Assembly: GCA_039188505.1 (NCBI GenBank)
Contig: JBCCZC010000002.1
Coordinates: forward strand, 1 to 53,651
Direction: 5' to 3'
DNA from: Pseudomonadota bacterium
GTDB taxonomy: Bacteria > Pseudomonadota > Gammaproteobacteria > Xanthomonadales > SZUA-38
Length of the DNA: 53,651 bases
Shown here: positions 8,439-17,723 of the stretch, one piece after another
Numbering within the stretch: the stretch's first letter is position 1
Layout: every line of letters begins with the position of its first letter
Notes under the pieces: model-generated
What the model was told of the DNA's origin: nothing
The model's database searches: none
Seen by the model: the letters and a program-made list of their open reading frames with translations, nothing else
Position numbers and translations under genes: made by a program

Positions 8439-9997
8439 CAGTACTCCTCGGCCACCAGCGTGAGTTCGACCCGCGGGAGGCGGTAGTTGTAGGCGCGATT
8501 CGATTCGCCGGGTCGGCGTTCGAGTGGTGCATCGGACCCGCGACCGACCTCGCGCACGCGATTCACGTCGAGCCCGTAGGTGACCCGCAGGTAGCGACCC
8601 ACCGATTCCGCGCGGGACTGGGACAGCGTGCGGTTGGCCGTGGCGTCCCCTCGCAGTCCCGTGTGGCCGGAGATCTGTAGGCGAAAGTTCGGGTAGTGGC
8701 GCAGGTTCTCGACCGCGCGGTCCATCTCCTGCTTGCCCTCGTAGGTCAGCTCCGCCGATCCACTCTGGAACACGATGGGACGGATCTTGAGGGTACCGAC
8801 CTCGGTCAGCCCATCCCACTGGGTGTCCGACAGCGGATCGAATGCACGCGCCAGCGGATCGCCACCGGCTGGATCCGCGTCATCATCGGCGCCGAGCCCG
8901 CCGCTGAAAAGGTCGGCCACGAACTGGCTGTTCGTCAGCCGGTAGGGGTCGCCATTCGGGATCGGCGAGCGGTCGAAGTCCCCGTGTTCCACCAGGATGT
9001 CGGAGGCCGACTCGATGGCATCGACCAGCGCTTCCCCCGTCCACGCGCCGGGCTGGCGGCTGACGCCGAACCAGGTGCGTGCATTCGCGGACAGCGTGGT
9101 CCAGGCGACGCCATCAAGGAGCGCCTCGGCCTGATCCGTTGGCAGGTCGTAGTGGCGCGCGATTGCCTCGCGCAGCGCATCCGGGTTGTCGCGGAAGTAC
9201 CGCAGGGTCTTGAAGTAGCTCGTCATCAGCGCGTAGACCGCCTCCGGATCGGACTCCGACCAGCGGCGGTTCACCAGCAGGATGTCGACGATCAGCCCTT
9301 CCGTATCCGCCGTGCTGAGCACCTCCTTGATGCCGTCGAGCTGGAGCGCTCGCGACACGTCGGGCTCCCACAGGACGGCGGCATCGACCTTGTTCTCGCG
9401 CAGCAGGTCGAGGGCAGCCTCGGAGCCGTCGGTATCGACGCGCCAGGCCGCCTGCTGATCGCGCAGTAGCGGGATATCGAAGTGGACCCCGATCGACTTC
9501 AGCAGGTGCTCGCTCGGCGAATCCGGCGTCACGGCAATGAGGAAGCTTCCGCCGGCCTTCAGATCGTCGATCGAGCCGATCCGGTCGGCTCGAGAGACCA
9601 GCGCGTCACCGCCCTTGGATTCGTCGAGGACGGCGACGATGGTTGCCGGATAGCCCGCGGCGTCGCCCGCCTTCAGGTAGGAATCGACGGTGGCCACGGC
9701 CAGTTCGAGCTCCCCGCTTCGCAGCCGCTCCATGCGCCCCGCGTAGTCCGCGGCATCGTCCTCGCAGCGGAGGAGATAACCGGCCCGCCGCATGCGGCGC
9801 ACGTTCTCATCGGAGCAGAGCGGGAAGTAGCCCACCCAGTTGTCCATGCCGATCGTGATGGTGCCGCGCGTCGCGCGGGCATCGGAGGTCCCCTTCTGCT
9901 GCCAGTCCTCGTAGAGCGGCAGCAGATAGCGGCTCCCGAAAAGCACCGCGGCGGCCACGACGATGAGCGCGGCGACGATCTTGACGTGACGGTTCAA
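8438..9997 (-). CDS. membrane-anchored NMT1/SsuA-like substrate-binding domain fused to OmpA-like C-terminal domain
   Basis: TTG 9997 with AGGAG RBS; N-terminal TM anchor; SBP motifs (DESKGGDAL, VLWEPDVS); OmpA-like IVFQSGSAEL...ISGHTG...NRTLSQSRAESV...RVEL. Confidence 0.85.
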   Translation of the reverse strand: MNRHVKIVAALIVVAAAVLFGSRYLLPLYEDWQQKGTSDARATRGTITIGMDNWVGYFPLCSDENVRRMRRAGYLLRCEDDAADYAGRMERLRSGELELAVATVDSYLKAGDAAGYPATIVAVLDESKGGDALVSRADRIGSIDDLKAGGSFLIAVTPDSPSEHLLKSIGVHFDIPLLRDQQAAWRVDTDGSEAALDLLRENKVDAAVLWEPDVSRALQLDGIKEVLSTADTEGLIVDILLVNRRWSESDPEAVYALMTSYFKTLRYFRDNPDALREAIARHYDLPTDQAEALLDGVAWTTLSANARTWFGVSRQPGAWTGEALVDAIESASDILVEHGDFDRSPIPNGDPYRLTNSQFVADLFSGGLGADDDADPAGGDPLARAFDPLSDTQWDGLTEVGTLKIRPIVFQSGSAELTYEGKQEMDRAVENLRHYPNFRLQISGHTGLRGDATANRTLSQSRAESVGRYLRVTYGLDVNRVREVGRGSDAPLERRPGESNRAYNYRLPRVELTLVAEEY

Positions 9998-10016
9998 GCG
10001 CCCTGCTCCTGTCCCA

Positions 10017-10811
10017 TCAGAAGTCGGTGATCGTGAAATCCGGCGACTCGGCCAGGACCGCGGCCAGGCCGCGCTCGAGCGCAGCCGGATCATCCGCGGC
10101 CCGGTAGGCGATCCGTCCGGGCTGGTTCAGCGAGTGACGCTCGCCGATGCAGAAGCCGATCGTATGGATGACTACCGGCGACTGCGTCAGGACGGCGTCG
10201 ACCATGCGACCCGGCTCGTAACCATCGCTCGCCTCGCCGTCCGTGATCATCACCAGGTGGTACTCGCCGTAACCGAGCTGGCGCAGCCCCTGAATGGTCA
10301 GCGCGTCGTAGCCCAGTCGAACGGCCTCGGACAACGGCGTGCCTCCGCTCGCGATGATGCTGCGGACCTGCTTCTCGAAGTCAGCGCGGTTTCCCGCGCG
10401 TAGCGGCGTCCGTTCGGACAGGCCGATGCCGTCGAAGACCGCGAGGCCGATGTTGGCGTCGTCGGGAATCTGACCGGCGAAGCGGGCGACCGCCTGCTTC
10501 GCGGCATCCATCTTCGTCAGCCCGCCCGAGCACTTGGATTCCTCCATGCTGCCGGAGCCGTCGAGCACGATGTAGTAGTTCGCGGCCGTGAGGTCGTCCG
10601 CGACCGGGACCGCCTGGTCCTCGACCAGCGGCGGCCAGGTACGGGCGAAATCGAGAGCGAACGGCGCGCCTGCACGGTTCGACGATGATGCCGTCGCGAC
10701 CTCATCGCTGGAATCCCCGCACGCCGCGAGGCCGCCGGCGATGATCAAGGTTGCGGCCGCCCGCAGCATACCCCTTCGGCTGAGCCGTCCCATTCCCTGG
10801 ACCCTCCCCAT
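10017..10811 (-). CDS. von Willebrand factor A domain lipoprotein (possible Tat substrate)
   Basis: SRRGML twin-Arg-like motif, lipobox LAA-C; MIDAS DGSGS...GGTPL...ITDG. Start at 10811 (TGATG coupling) or 10793. Confidence 0.85.
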   Translation of the reverse strand: MGRVQGMGRLSRRGMLRAAATLIIAGGLAACGDSSDEVATASSSNRAGAPFALDFARTWPPLVEDQAVPVADDLTAANYYIVLDGSGSMEESKCSGGLTKMDAAKQAVARFAGQIPDDANIGLAVFDGIGLSERTPLRAGNRADFEKQVRSIIASGGTPLSEAVRLGYDALTIQGLRQLGYGEYHLVMITDGEASDGYEPGRMVDAVLTQSPVVIHTIGFCIGERHSLNQPGRIAYRAADDPAALERGLAAVLAESPDFTITDF

Positions 10812-12514
10812 CAGAGCGGCTGGAAGACCGAAGATTCGGCCTCGACCTGCACGATCCGGAACTCGACGCGCATGTTCGAGAGCCACTCGGTCTCGGTCTT
10901 CGGCGCGCACGGCTCATCGCCGCAGACGCCGGTCGCCGGCTTCGTGAGGCCCAGCCCGACTACGGCGAACTGGCTGTCGTCGAGGTTGATGCCCTGGCCC
11001 TGAGCGAAGCTCATCACGCTATCCCGCACGGCGATGGCGCGGGACATGCTCAGGTTCCGCGCCGACTGTTTGATGCGGCCGAGGATGAGCTCCGATTCGC
11101 CCGCCTTCTTCTTCCGCAGATAGCCCATCGGGTCGCTGTGCCCCTCGACGGTAATGATGGCACCGCCGTAGGTTGACGCGAGGTCGATGACCCGCTCGAA
11201 GGCCTCCTGGTAGAGATCGGACGGGAACGAGTTCTGATTCGGCTTGAAGAACACCTCGAAGCTGAAGAGCGTGCCCTCCTCGAGCGTGCCCTGCTGCTGG
11301 CGCCGCGCGACCACCGAAGCCACCTGGTCGGCGTCGAAGGTCGGCACCTCGACCTCGTCCGCCCGGGCGAGGCCGGACCGCAGCGTGTCGTAGTCCCACC
11401 CGGCCTGGTCCAGCGAACTCCGGGTGCTGAGGAGCCCCGCCTGCTGGAAGGACGACTGCAATTCGTCGGTCAACCGCGCGAGGCCACGCGGGAAGTTCGC
11501 GTTGGCGAAGAAGTCGACGTTGCCGGAGAAACCGACGAGGTTGGCATCGGCGTAGAGACCCTCGATGTCGGTGGTGGCCTGGGGGCTGTCCAGGAGCATT
11601 TCGGCCGACGTGGTGAGCGTCTGACGATAGTCGCCGGACTTGCTGCCGAAGAGGTCAGCCACGGCCTCCTCGGCCTGGAGCAACCCGCGCACGAAGCGCT
11701 CGACGATAGCGCGATTGGCCTCGAGGTAGTCCGCTCGGACGGCGTAGACGTCGGCGATGATGCGGTTGGCCGTCCGCGTTGACAGCAGAATGCGCGCGCC
11801 GGCAACCGAATCCTCGGCACCCGTCCCGACGTTGCCGCCGGAGGTGAGCGCGAGGGCGTCGGGCAGGACCACGAAGGCCGCGTCGACATCCCCAGCCTGG
11901 AGCGCCGCCATGGGGCTCGAGTCGGTCGCCGTGAGGTCCGGCAGCCAGCGGATCGTGACGTCGTTGAGGCTGAGGCCCGCATCGGCCAGGACCTTTGACA
12001 GGTAGCCGACATGCGGCCCGTAGGCCTGCAGGGCGATCCGCTTCCCCCGGAGGTCGGCGGCTTGGCGGATCGAGTCGTTCACGACCAGCGCATCACCACC
12101 TTCGGACCAGCTCAGCTGATAGATGACGACGGGGCGCGTGCGCGGATCTGCAGCGAGAGCCTCCGACGCCAGATTGATCATGCCCATGGTCCCGCGAAGG
12201 AACGGGCTTTCACCGCGCAGGTAGGCTTCCACCTGGGCCGGGAAACTGTCCTCCCGCTTGAGTTCGAGGCTCAGGCCCTGCTCGGCGAAGATGCTGCCGT
12301 TGCGCGTCCGCGCGGCATTGCCGTTCGCGTAGATCGTGGCGACGTCGGCGCCCCACGTGATCATCGGCACGCGGAGCGTGCCTGATCGTACCGATCCGAC
12401 GTCCGCCGAAACGACCTCGCGCAGCGGCGGCGATTCGACGTAGTTCGGCGCGGCCACCGCGGTCGCCGCCAGGCCGAAGCCGAGCAGCGCGGTCAGAAAT
12501 CTCTCCATGATCAA
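10811..12514 (-). CDS. secreted NMT1/SsuA-like substrate-binding domain fused to OmpA-like C-terminal domain
   Basis: Signal peptide (ATAVA-A); SBP motifs (WSEGGDAL, IIADVYAVRADY); OmpA-like VFFKPNQ...VEGHSD...NLSMSRAIAV...NMRVEF. Confidence 0.85.
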   Translation of the reverse strand: MIMERFLTALLGFGLAATAVAAPNYVESPPLREVVSADVGSVRSGTLRVPMITWGADVATIYANGNAARTRNGSIFAEQGLSLELKREDSFPAQVEAYLRGESPFLRGTMGMINLASEALAADPRTRPVVIYQLSWSEGGDALVVNDSIRQAADLRGKRIALQAYGPHVGYLSKVLADAGLSLNDVTIRWLPDLTATDSSPMAALQAGDVDAAFVVLPDALALTSGGNVGTGAEDSVAGARILLSTRTANRIIADVYAVRADYLEANRAIVERFVRGLLQAEEAVADLFGSKSGDYRQTLTTSAEMLLDSPQATTDIEGLYADANLVGFSGNVDFFANANFPRGLARLTDELQSSFQQAGLLSTRSSLDQAGWDYDTLRSGLARADEVEVPTFDADQVASVVARRQQQGTLEEGTLFSFEVFFKPNQNSFPSDLYQEAFERVIDLASTYGGAIITVEGHSDPMGYLRKKKAGESELILGRIKQSARNLSMSRAIAVRDSVMSFAQGQGINLDDSQFAVVGLGLTKPATGVCGDEPCAPKTETEWLSNMRVEFRIVQVEAESSVFQPL

Positions 12515-12625
12515 TCTGCCTCCCCATCAACAGATCGCCAATGATAATGCACCTGCGAGCCGGGCTGAATTGCCCTCAGTCAGGGTTGAAAAGCGGTAAG
12601 CGATCTAAATTGCGGCGATCGGCGC

Positions 12626-13234
12626 CTATTCAGGCCACAACGCGCTGGGATCCTGCCCCTTCCAGTCCAGATCGAGTCGCTGACTCGCATCGCTATCCGG
12701 AATCAGCGTCTTCTCGTGATTGTAGAGCGCGTGGAGCTTGAGAACCGAAAGACCCAGGCGGTTGCGTAGGTCGACAAGGGGTTCGTCGCGGAAATCTTCG
12801 ATCGGCACCATGTGGTAGTCCCGGGTCCGCTGCTCCTGACCGAAGCCGAAGCCGAGGTCGAAGATCAACAGGTCGTCTTCCGTCAGCCGGTAAGGCGGCC
12901 GGTAGAGGTAGCGAGCAAACCAATGAAACAGCTTCCGGTGGTAGTCCCGGATCCTGCTCGCTGTTCCCATCGTGAATCCGATGACGAAGGCCTCGTCCTG
13001 GGCCAGCAGACCGCGCCCCAGCAGGACGTGGATCGCGTCGTGGCGCTCGAGGGTGATCGCGCCCGGCAGGGCCACCGGCGAACTCGGATTTTCGATGAGC
13101 CGCACGAACCAGGGGATGGAGGATGCCTCCACCGCCGGGAGGCTGTCGAGGCAGTAGCCCAGGGTCAGGTGATCGTTGTCGAGTCCCGGATTCCAGTCGC
13201 GCCACTGGTGGCGCTGCGTGCGGTAGAAGCCCAT
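12626..13234 (-). CDS. Coq4-like metal-binding protein
   Basis: HDAIH-x11-E (HDAIHVLLGRGLLAQDE) matches the Coq4 HDxxH-x11-E motif; C-terminal DEPLVDLRNRLGL also Coq4-like. Confidence 0.65.
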   Translation of the reverse strand: MGFYRTQRHQWRDWNPGLDNDHLTLGYCLDSLPAVEASSIPWFVRLIENPSSPVALPGAITLERHDAIHVLLGRGLLAQDEAFVIGFTMGTASRIRDYHRKLFHWFARYLYRPPYRLTEDDLLIFDLGFGFGQEQRTRDYHMVPIEDFRDEPLVDLRNRLGLSVLKLHALYNHEKTLIPDSDASQRLDLDWKGQDPSALWPE

Positions 13235-13371
13235 GGGGCGAGGCTAGCATCGATGTTCCGGGGTGTCGCCCCACGCGCCCTGCTCCCCCGCCGTCATTCG
13301 CTGCCCGTGGGCAGCAACGGCCGCGATGCCTGTGTACACTCGAACTTCGGCAACATCCGGGAAGACAGCAG

Positions 13372-14568
13372 GTGGGAAAGCCGCGCACAAGGTGGAGCGC
13401 TCCGGTCGTTCTCGCCGTCCTCGGGATCGGCCTCGGCGGCTGCGCCGAACCCGAACCGACACCGCTACCGACCGAAACCGTCGTGGTGGATCCCGCGAGA
13501 CAGGAAAACTTCGTCCTTTACGGCAATTACATCGGGGTGGCCAGGGCCTCGCTCGACGTCGAGGTGCGGGCCCGGGTCGACGGCTTCGTCGAGGAGATCG
13601 CCTTCCGCGAGGGCAGCTTCGTGAGGGAAGGCGACCTGCTCTATCGCATCGACAACCGGCCCTACGTCGCTCGCGTCAATCGCCTCCGGGCGGAAACGCA
13701 GAGCGCCCGGGCCGCCGTCAAGAAGGCCGAGCGCGACCTCGCACGGATCGAGCCGCTCTACGCCGAAGACGCCGCGAGCCAGCTCGACCTCGACGAGGCC
13801 ACCGCGGCCTACGAAACCTCCCAGGCCACCCTTGCAGCAAAGCTGGCGCAGCAGGACGAGGCCGAACTCGAGCTGGAGTTCACCGAGATTCATGCCCAGA
13901 TCTCCGGCCTCGCGGGCGCGACGCGGGTCGACGTGGGTGCGCTGGTCGGCAGCAGCGGTGATTCCCTGCTGACGACGATCAAGCGGGTCGATCCGATGTA
14001 CGTCGAGTTCCGAATGACGACGCTGGACTACCTCAATGCCCAGCGTCGCAAGCGCAGCCGCCAGGAGATCCAGCGGTCCGAAGAGGAAGGGCGCGCCGTC
14101 GAGGGCTTCGTACGAATCATCCTTCCCGACGATCAGCCCTACCTCTACTGGGGCGACATCGACTTCACCGAGCCCCAGATCAATCCCGACACGGGGACCT
14201 TTGCGGTCCGCGCAGTTGTCGGCAATCCCAACCGGGAACTGCTACCGGGTCAGTTCCTGCGCACGAAGCTCGAGCTCGACACCGTCAGTGACGCGATCAT
14301 CATCGACGAGCGCGTCATCCAGATCGAGCAGGGCGGCAGCTTCGTGATGGTTGCGATGCCCGATGACACGGTCGAGCGACGCTTCATCATCACCGGTCCG
14401 CAGCACGAGAACGACGTGGTGGTCACTTCCGGCCTCGGGGCCAATGAGCGGGTCATCGTCGAAGGTTTCCACAAGGTGCAGCACGGGCAACCCATCCAGC
14501 CCCTGACCGTCGAGGAGTACGAGCGTCGGCGCTCGGAAGAGGCCGCAGCGCCGCAGTCCGCACCGTGA
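13372..14568 (+). CDS. RND efflux periplasmic adaptor (MFP) lipoprotein
   Basis: Lipobox LGG-C; VEVRARVDG...F.EGSFV.EGDLLYRID; TGTFAVRA..NP..ELLPGQF. Start placed at GTG 13372. Confidence 0.92.
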   Translation: MGKPRTRWSAPVVLAVLGIGLGGCAEPEPTPLPTETVVVDPARQENFVLYGNYIGVARASLDVEVRARVDGFVEEIAFREGSFVREGDLLYRIDNRPYVARVNRLRAETQSARAAVKKAERDLARIEPLYAEDAASQLDLDEATAAYETSQATLAAKLAQQDEAELELEFTEIHAQISGLAGATRVDVGALVGSSGDSLLTTIKRVDPMYVEFRMTTLDYLNAQRRKRSRQEIQRSEEEGRAVEGFVRIILPDDQPYLYWGDIDFTEPQINPDTGTFAVRAVVGNPNRELLPGQFLRTKLELDTVSDAIIIDERVIQIEQGGSFVMVAMPDDTVERRFIITGPQHENDVVVTSGLGANERVIVEGFHKVQHGQPIQPLTVEEYERRRSEEAAAPQSAP

Positions 14569-17500
14569 TCGCCCGCGTCTTCATCGACCGGCCCGTGCTG
14601 GCCATGGTCGTCTCGATCGTCATCACGCTGGTCGGGGCCGTATCGGCCCTGACGCTGCCGGTCGACCAGTATCCCTACATCAACCCGCCCTCGATCGTCG
14701 TTTCGACCTCCTTCCCGGGCGCGACCGCTGTCACCGCCGCCGAGTCGGTCGCCATTCCGCTCGAGCAGGAGCTCAACGGCGTTCCGAACATGGTCTACAT
14801 GAAGTCCTCGAGCAGTAATTCGGGGTCGACGGGCATCTCCATCACCTTCGACATCGGCACCGATCCGAACCTCGCGGCCATCGATGTCCAGAATGCGGCG
14901 AAGCAGGCCGATCCCCTGCTACCCGTGGACGTCATGCAAGAGGGCGTCTCGGTCGACAAGCAGGCGACGATCGAACTGCTCAAGGTCGCCCTGACTTCCG
15001 ACGATCCCCGCTACGACGACGTCTATCTCAGCAACTTCGTGTCGATCAACGTCAACGCCGCGATCCGCCGGATCCCGGGTGTCGGACGGGTCCGGAACAC
15101 GGGTTCCCGCAGCTACGCCATGCGCCTCTGGCTCCGACCGGATCGCATGGCCGCCCACGGCCTGACCACCAGCGACGTCATCAGCGCGGTGCGCGAGCAG
15201 AACACCGAGGCAGCGGCCGGCACGATCGGGGCCCTGCCCGGCGACGCGTCGGTCAGCCTGACCACGCCGATCACGACCCAGGGCCGCCTCGAGAGCGCCG
15301 AGGCATTCAACAACATCATCGTTCGAGCGGATCCCGACGGGTCGATGATCCGGCTCCGGGACATCGGCCGGGCGGAACTGGGCGCCAGCGCCTACCGCCT
15401 CCAGTCCAAGCTGGACGGCAAGAATGCCGCCATCGCGCAGATCTACCTGCTCCCCGGCGCTAATGCCCTCGAGGTCGCGTCCCAGGTCAAGGCCACGATG
15501 GCCGAGCTGTCGAGGGGATTTCCGAACGGCATCGACTGGGTCACCTTCTACGACGCCTCGATCACCATCGAGCAGGCGATCCGGGAGGTCCTCATCACCC
15601 TGGTCCAGGCCCTCGCGCTGGTCATCTTCGTCGTCTGGCTGTTTCTTCAGAACTGGCGCGCGACGATGATTCCGGCGCTCGCGGTGCCCGTGTCGATCGT
15701 CGGAACCTTCGCGGCCATGGCGGTGTTCGGCTTCACCTTGAACACCGTCAACCTACTGGCACTCGTGCTGGCCATCGGGATCGTCGTCGACGACGCCATC
15801 GTCGTGGTCGAGAACGTCGAGCGCCTGATGAAGGACGAGGGCCTGAGTCCCCGGGATGCGACGCTTCGCGCGATGAACGAACTGTCCGGGGCGCTGGTGG
15901 CAACCTCGCTCGTGCTCGCGGCGGTCTTCGTACCCGTATCGTTCCTGGCCGGGATCACGGGCATCCTCTACCGCGAATTCGCCCTGTCGATCACCGTTGC
16001 CGTCCTGATCTCCACGGTGGTGGCGCTGAGCCTGAGCCCCGCGCTCTGCGCCCTGCTGCTCAAGCCGGAGTCAGCGCAGCCCCCGGGCTGGCTCGCCGCG
16101 GTCTTCGACCGCATCAATGCCGTGCTCGACGTCGGCGGAGCCCGCTACACGAACTGGGTACGGGCCTGCATCGTCGCGCGACGCCGGGCGTGGATCTCCT
16201 TTGCGGCCATACTGATCGGCAGCATCGCCGTGTTTCGTCTGCTCCCTACCAGCTTCATGCCCGTCGAGGACCAGGGACGGCTGTTCGTCGACATGCAGCT
16301 GCCGTCGGGACAATCCGTCGTGCGCTCGAGCGTCATGGCCGACCGGGCGGTCGAGAAGATCCTGCCCCACCCCGCAGTGAAGCACGTCTTCTCCCTCGCG
16401 GGCGAAAGCAAGCGCTCGGGGTCGGCGGATTTCGCTGCAACGCTCGAGGTCATCCTCGAGGACTGGACCCTTCGCGCGCCGGACGGCTACACGGTCGATC
16501 GTGTGCTGAGCGAGGTCGTCGACGAGCTGAACACGATGGTCGAAGCCGACGTCTATGCGTTCAAGCCCCCGGCCATCGCGGGCCTGGGCAGCGGCAGTGG
16601 CGTCGAGCTCGAGCTGCAGGATCGCGGCGGCACCCAGGCGGACCGGCTCTTCGGGCTCGCCGAGAGTTTCGTTGCCCAGCTCGAGCGGCACCCGGCCGTG
16701 GCCGACGCCTCGACCGCGGCCCAGGACGAGGTCCCGCTGCTGCAGCTGAACGTCGATCGTGCCCGGGCCAAGGCCATCGGCATTCCGTTGGCCGACATCT
16801 ACAGCACGACCAATGTCTTCACGGGATCGTCCAACGTGAGCGATTTCAACCTGTTCGGCCGCGTCTACCGGGTCAAGGCGCAGGCGGAGCCCGAGTTCCG
16901 GGATCGCGCCCAGGCGCTCCAGCACTTCCAGGTGCGGGCGTCCAGCGGTGCCATGGTGCCGCTCAGCGTCGTTGCAGACCTCGAGCAGGTCACGGGGCCA
17001 TCCTCGATCGTGCGCTACAACATGTTCTCCAGCGCCAGCATCAGCGCGACGCCGGCGGCCGGGGCCTCGTCGGGAACCGTGATCAAGGCAGCGCAGGAAC
17101 TGGCCGCGGAGATGCTGCCGCCCGGCTTCGGTTACGACTGGAGCGGCCTGACCTTCCAGGAGATCCGCTCTGCCGGTCAGATGACCATCGCCCTGGCCCT
17201 GGCCTTCGTCTTCGTATTCCTGTTCCTGGCGGCCCTGTACGAGAGCTGGACGATCCCCATCGCCGTGCTCCTGATCACCCCAATCGCGATGCTGGGCGCC
17301 CTGCTCACGGTCTGGGGTCGCGGTCTTCAGAATGACCTCTTCTTCCAGATCGCGTTCATCGCGCTGATCGGCCTGTCGGCCAAGAACTCGATCCTCATCG
17401 TCGAGTTCGCACGCCAGCTCTACGAGGAGGGCCGGGACGCAGTGGACGCGGCCATCGAATCCGCTCGCCTGCGCTTTCGACCGATTCTCATGACCGCGGT

Positions 17501-17723
17501 CTCCTTCCTCCTCGGCGTGATGCCCCTGGTGCTGTCCAGCGGCCCCGGCGCCATCAGCCGGCAGACCATGTCGACGGCGATCCTCGGCGGCATGGTCTTC
17601 GCGACCACGATCGGCATCCTGCTGGTCCCGGTCTTCTTCGTTACCGTCATGCGGCTTGCGGCGGGCAAGCGCAGGGCCGTGCCGGGCCCGGTGCCGGGCG
17701 AAACGGCGAACACCCGTGGCTAG
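14565..17723 (+). CDS. RND efflux transporter permease (HAE1/AcrB family)
   Basis: 1052 aa; FIDRPVLA, GIVVDDAIVVVENVER, SAKNSILIVEFA, RFRPILMT. Confidence 0.96.
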   Translation: MIARVFIDRPVLAMVVSIVITLVGAVSALTLPVDQYPYINPPSIVVSTSFPGATAVTAAESVAIPLEQELNGVPNMVYMKSSSSNSGSTGISITFDIGTDPNLAAIDVQNAAKQADPLLPVDVMQEGVSVDKQATIELLKVALTSDDPRYDDVYLSNFVSINVNAAIRRIPGVGRVRNTGSRSYAMRLWLRPDRMAAHGLTTSDVISAVREQNTEAAAGTIGALPGDASVSLTTPITTQGRLESAEAFNNIIVRADPDGSMIRLRDIGRAELGASAYRLQSKLDGKNAAIAQIYLLPGANALEVASQVKATMAELSRGFPNGIDWVTFYDASITIEQAIREVLITLVQALALVIFVVWLFLQNWRATMIPALAVPVSIVGTFAAMAVFGFTLNTVNLLALVLAIGIVVDDAIVVVENVERLMKDEGLSPRDATLRAMNELSGALVATSLVLAAVFVPVSFLAGITGILYREFALSITVAVLISTVVALSLSPALCALLLKPESAQPPGWLAAVFDRINAVLDVGGARYTNWVRACIVARRRAWISFAAILIGSIAVFRLLPTSFMPVEDQGRLFVDMQLPSGQSVVRSSVMADRAVEKILPHPAVKHVFSLAGESKRSGSADFAATLEVILEDWTLRAPDGYTVDRVLSEVVDELNTMVEADVYAFKPPAIAGLGSGSGVELELQDRGGTQADRLFGLAESFVAQLERHPAVADASTAAQDEVPLLQLNVDRARAKAIGIPLADIYSTTNVFTGSSNVSDFNLFGRVYRVKAQAEPEFRDRAQALQHFQVRASSGAMVPLSVVADLEQVTGPSSIVRYNMFSSASISATPAAGASSGTVIKAAQELAAEMLPPGFGYDWSGLTFQEIRSAGQMTIALALAFVFVFLFLAALYESWTIPIAVLLITPIAMLGALLTVWGRGLQNDLFFQIAFIALIGLSAKNSILIVEFARQLYEEGRDAVDAAIESARLRFRPILMTAVSFLLGVMPLVLSSGPGAISRQTMSTAILGGMVFATTIGILLVPVFFVTVMRLAAGKRRAVPGPVPGETANTRG

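Noticed and set aside
12515-12625. Guanidine (ykkC or mini-ykkC) riboswitch ahead of the ABC operon
   Set aside because: No recognisable conserved core or paired ACGR-loop hairpins by eye; an Infernal scan would be decisive.
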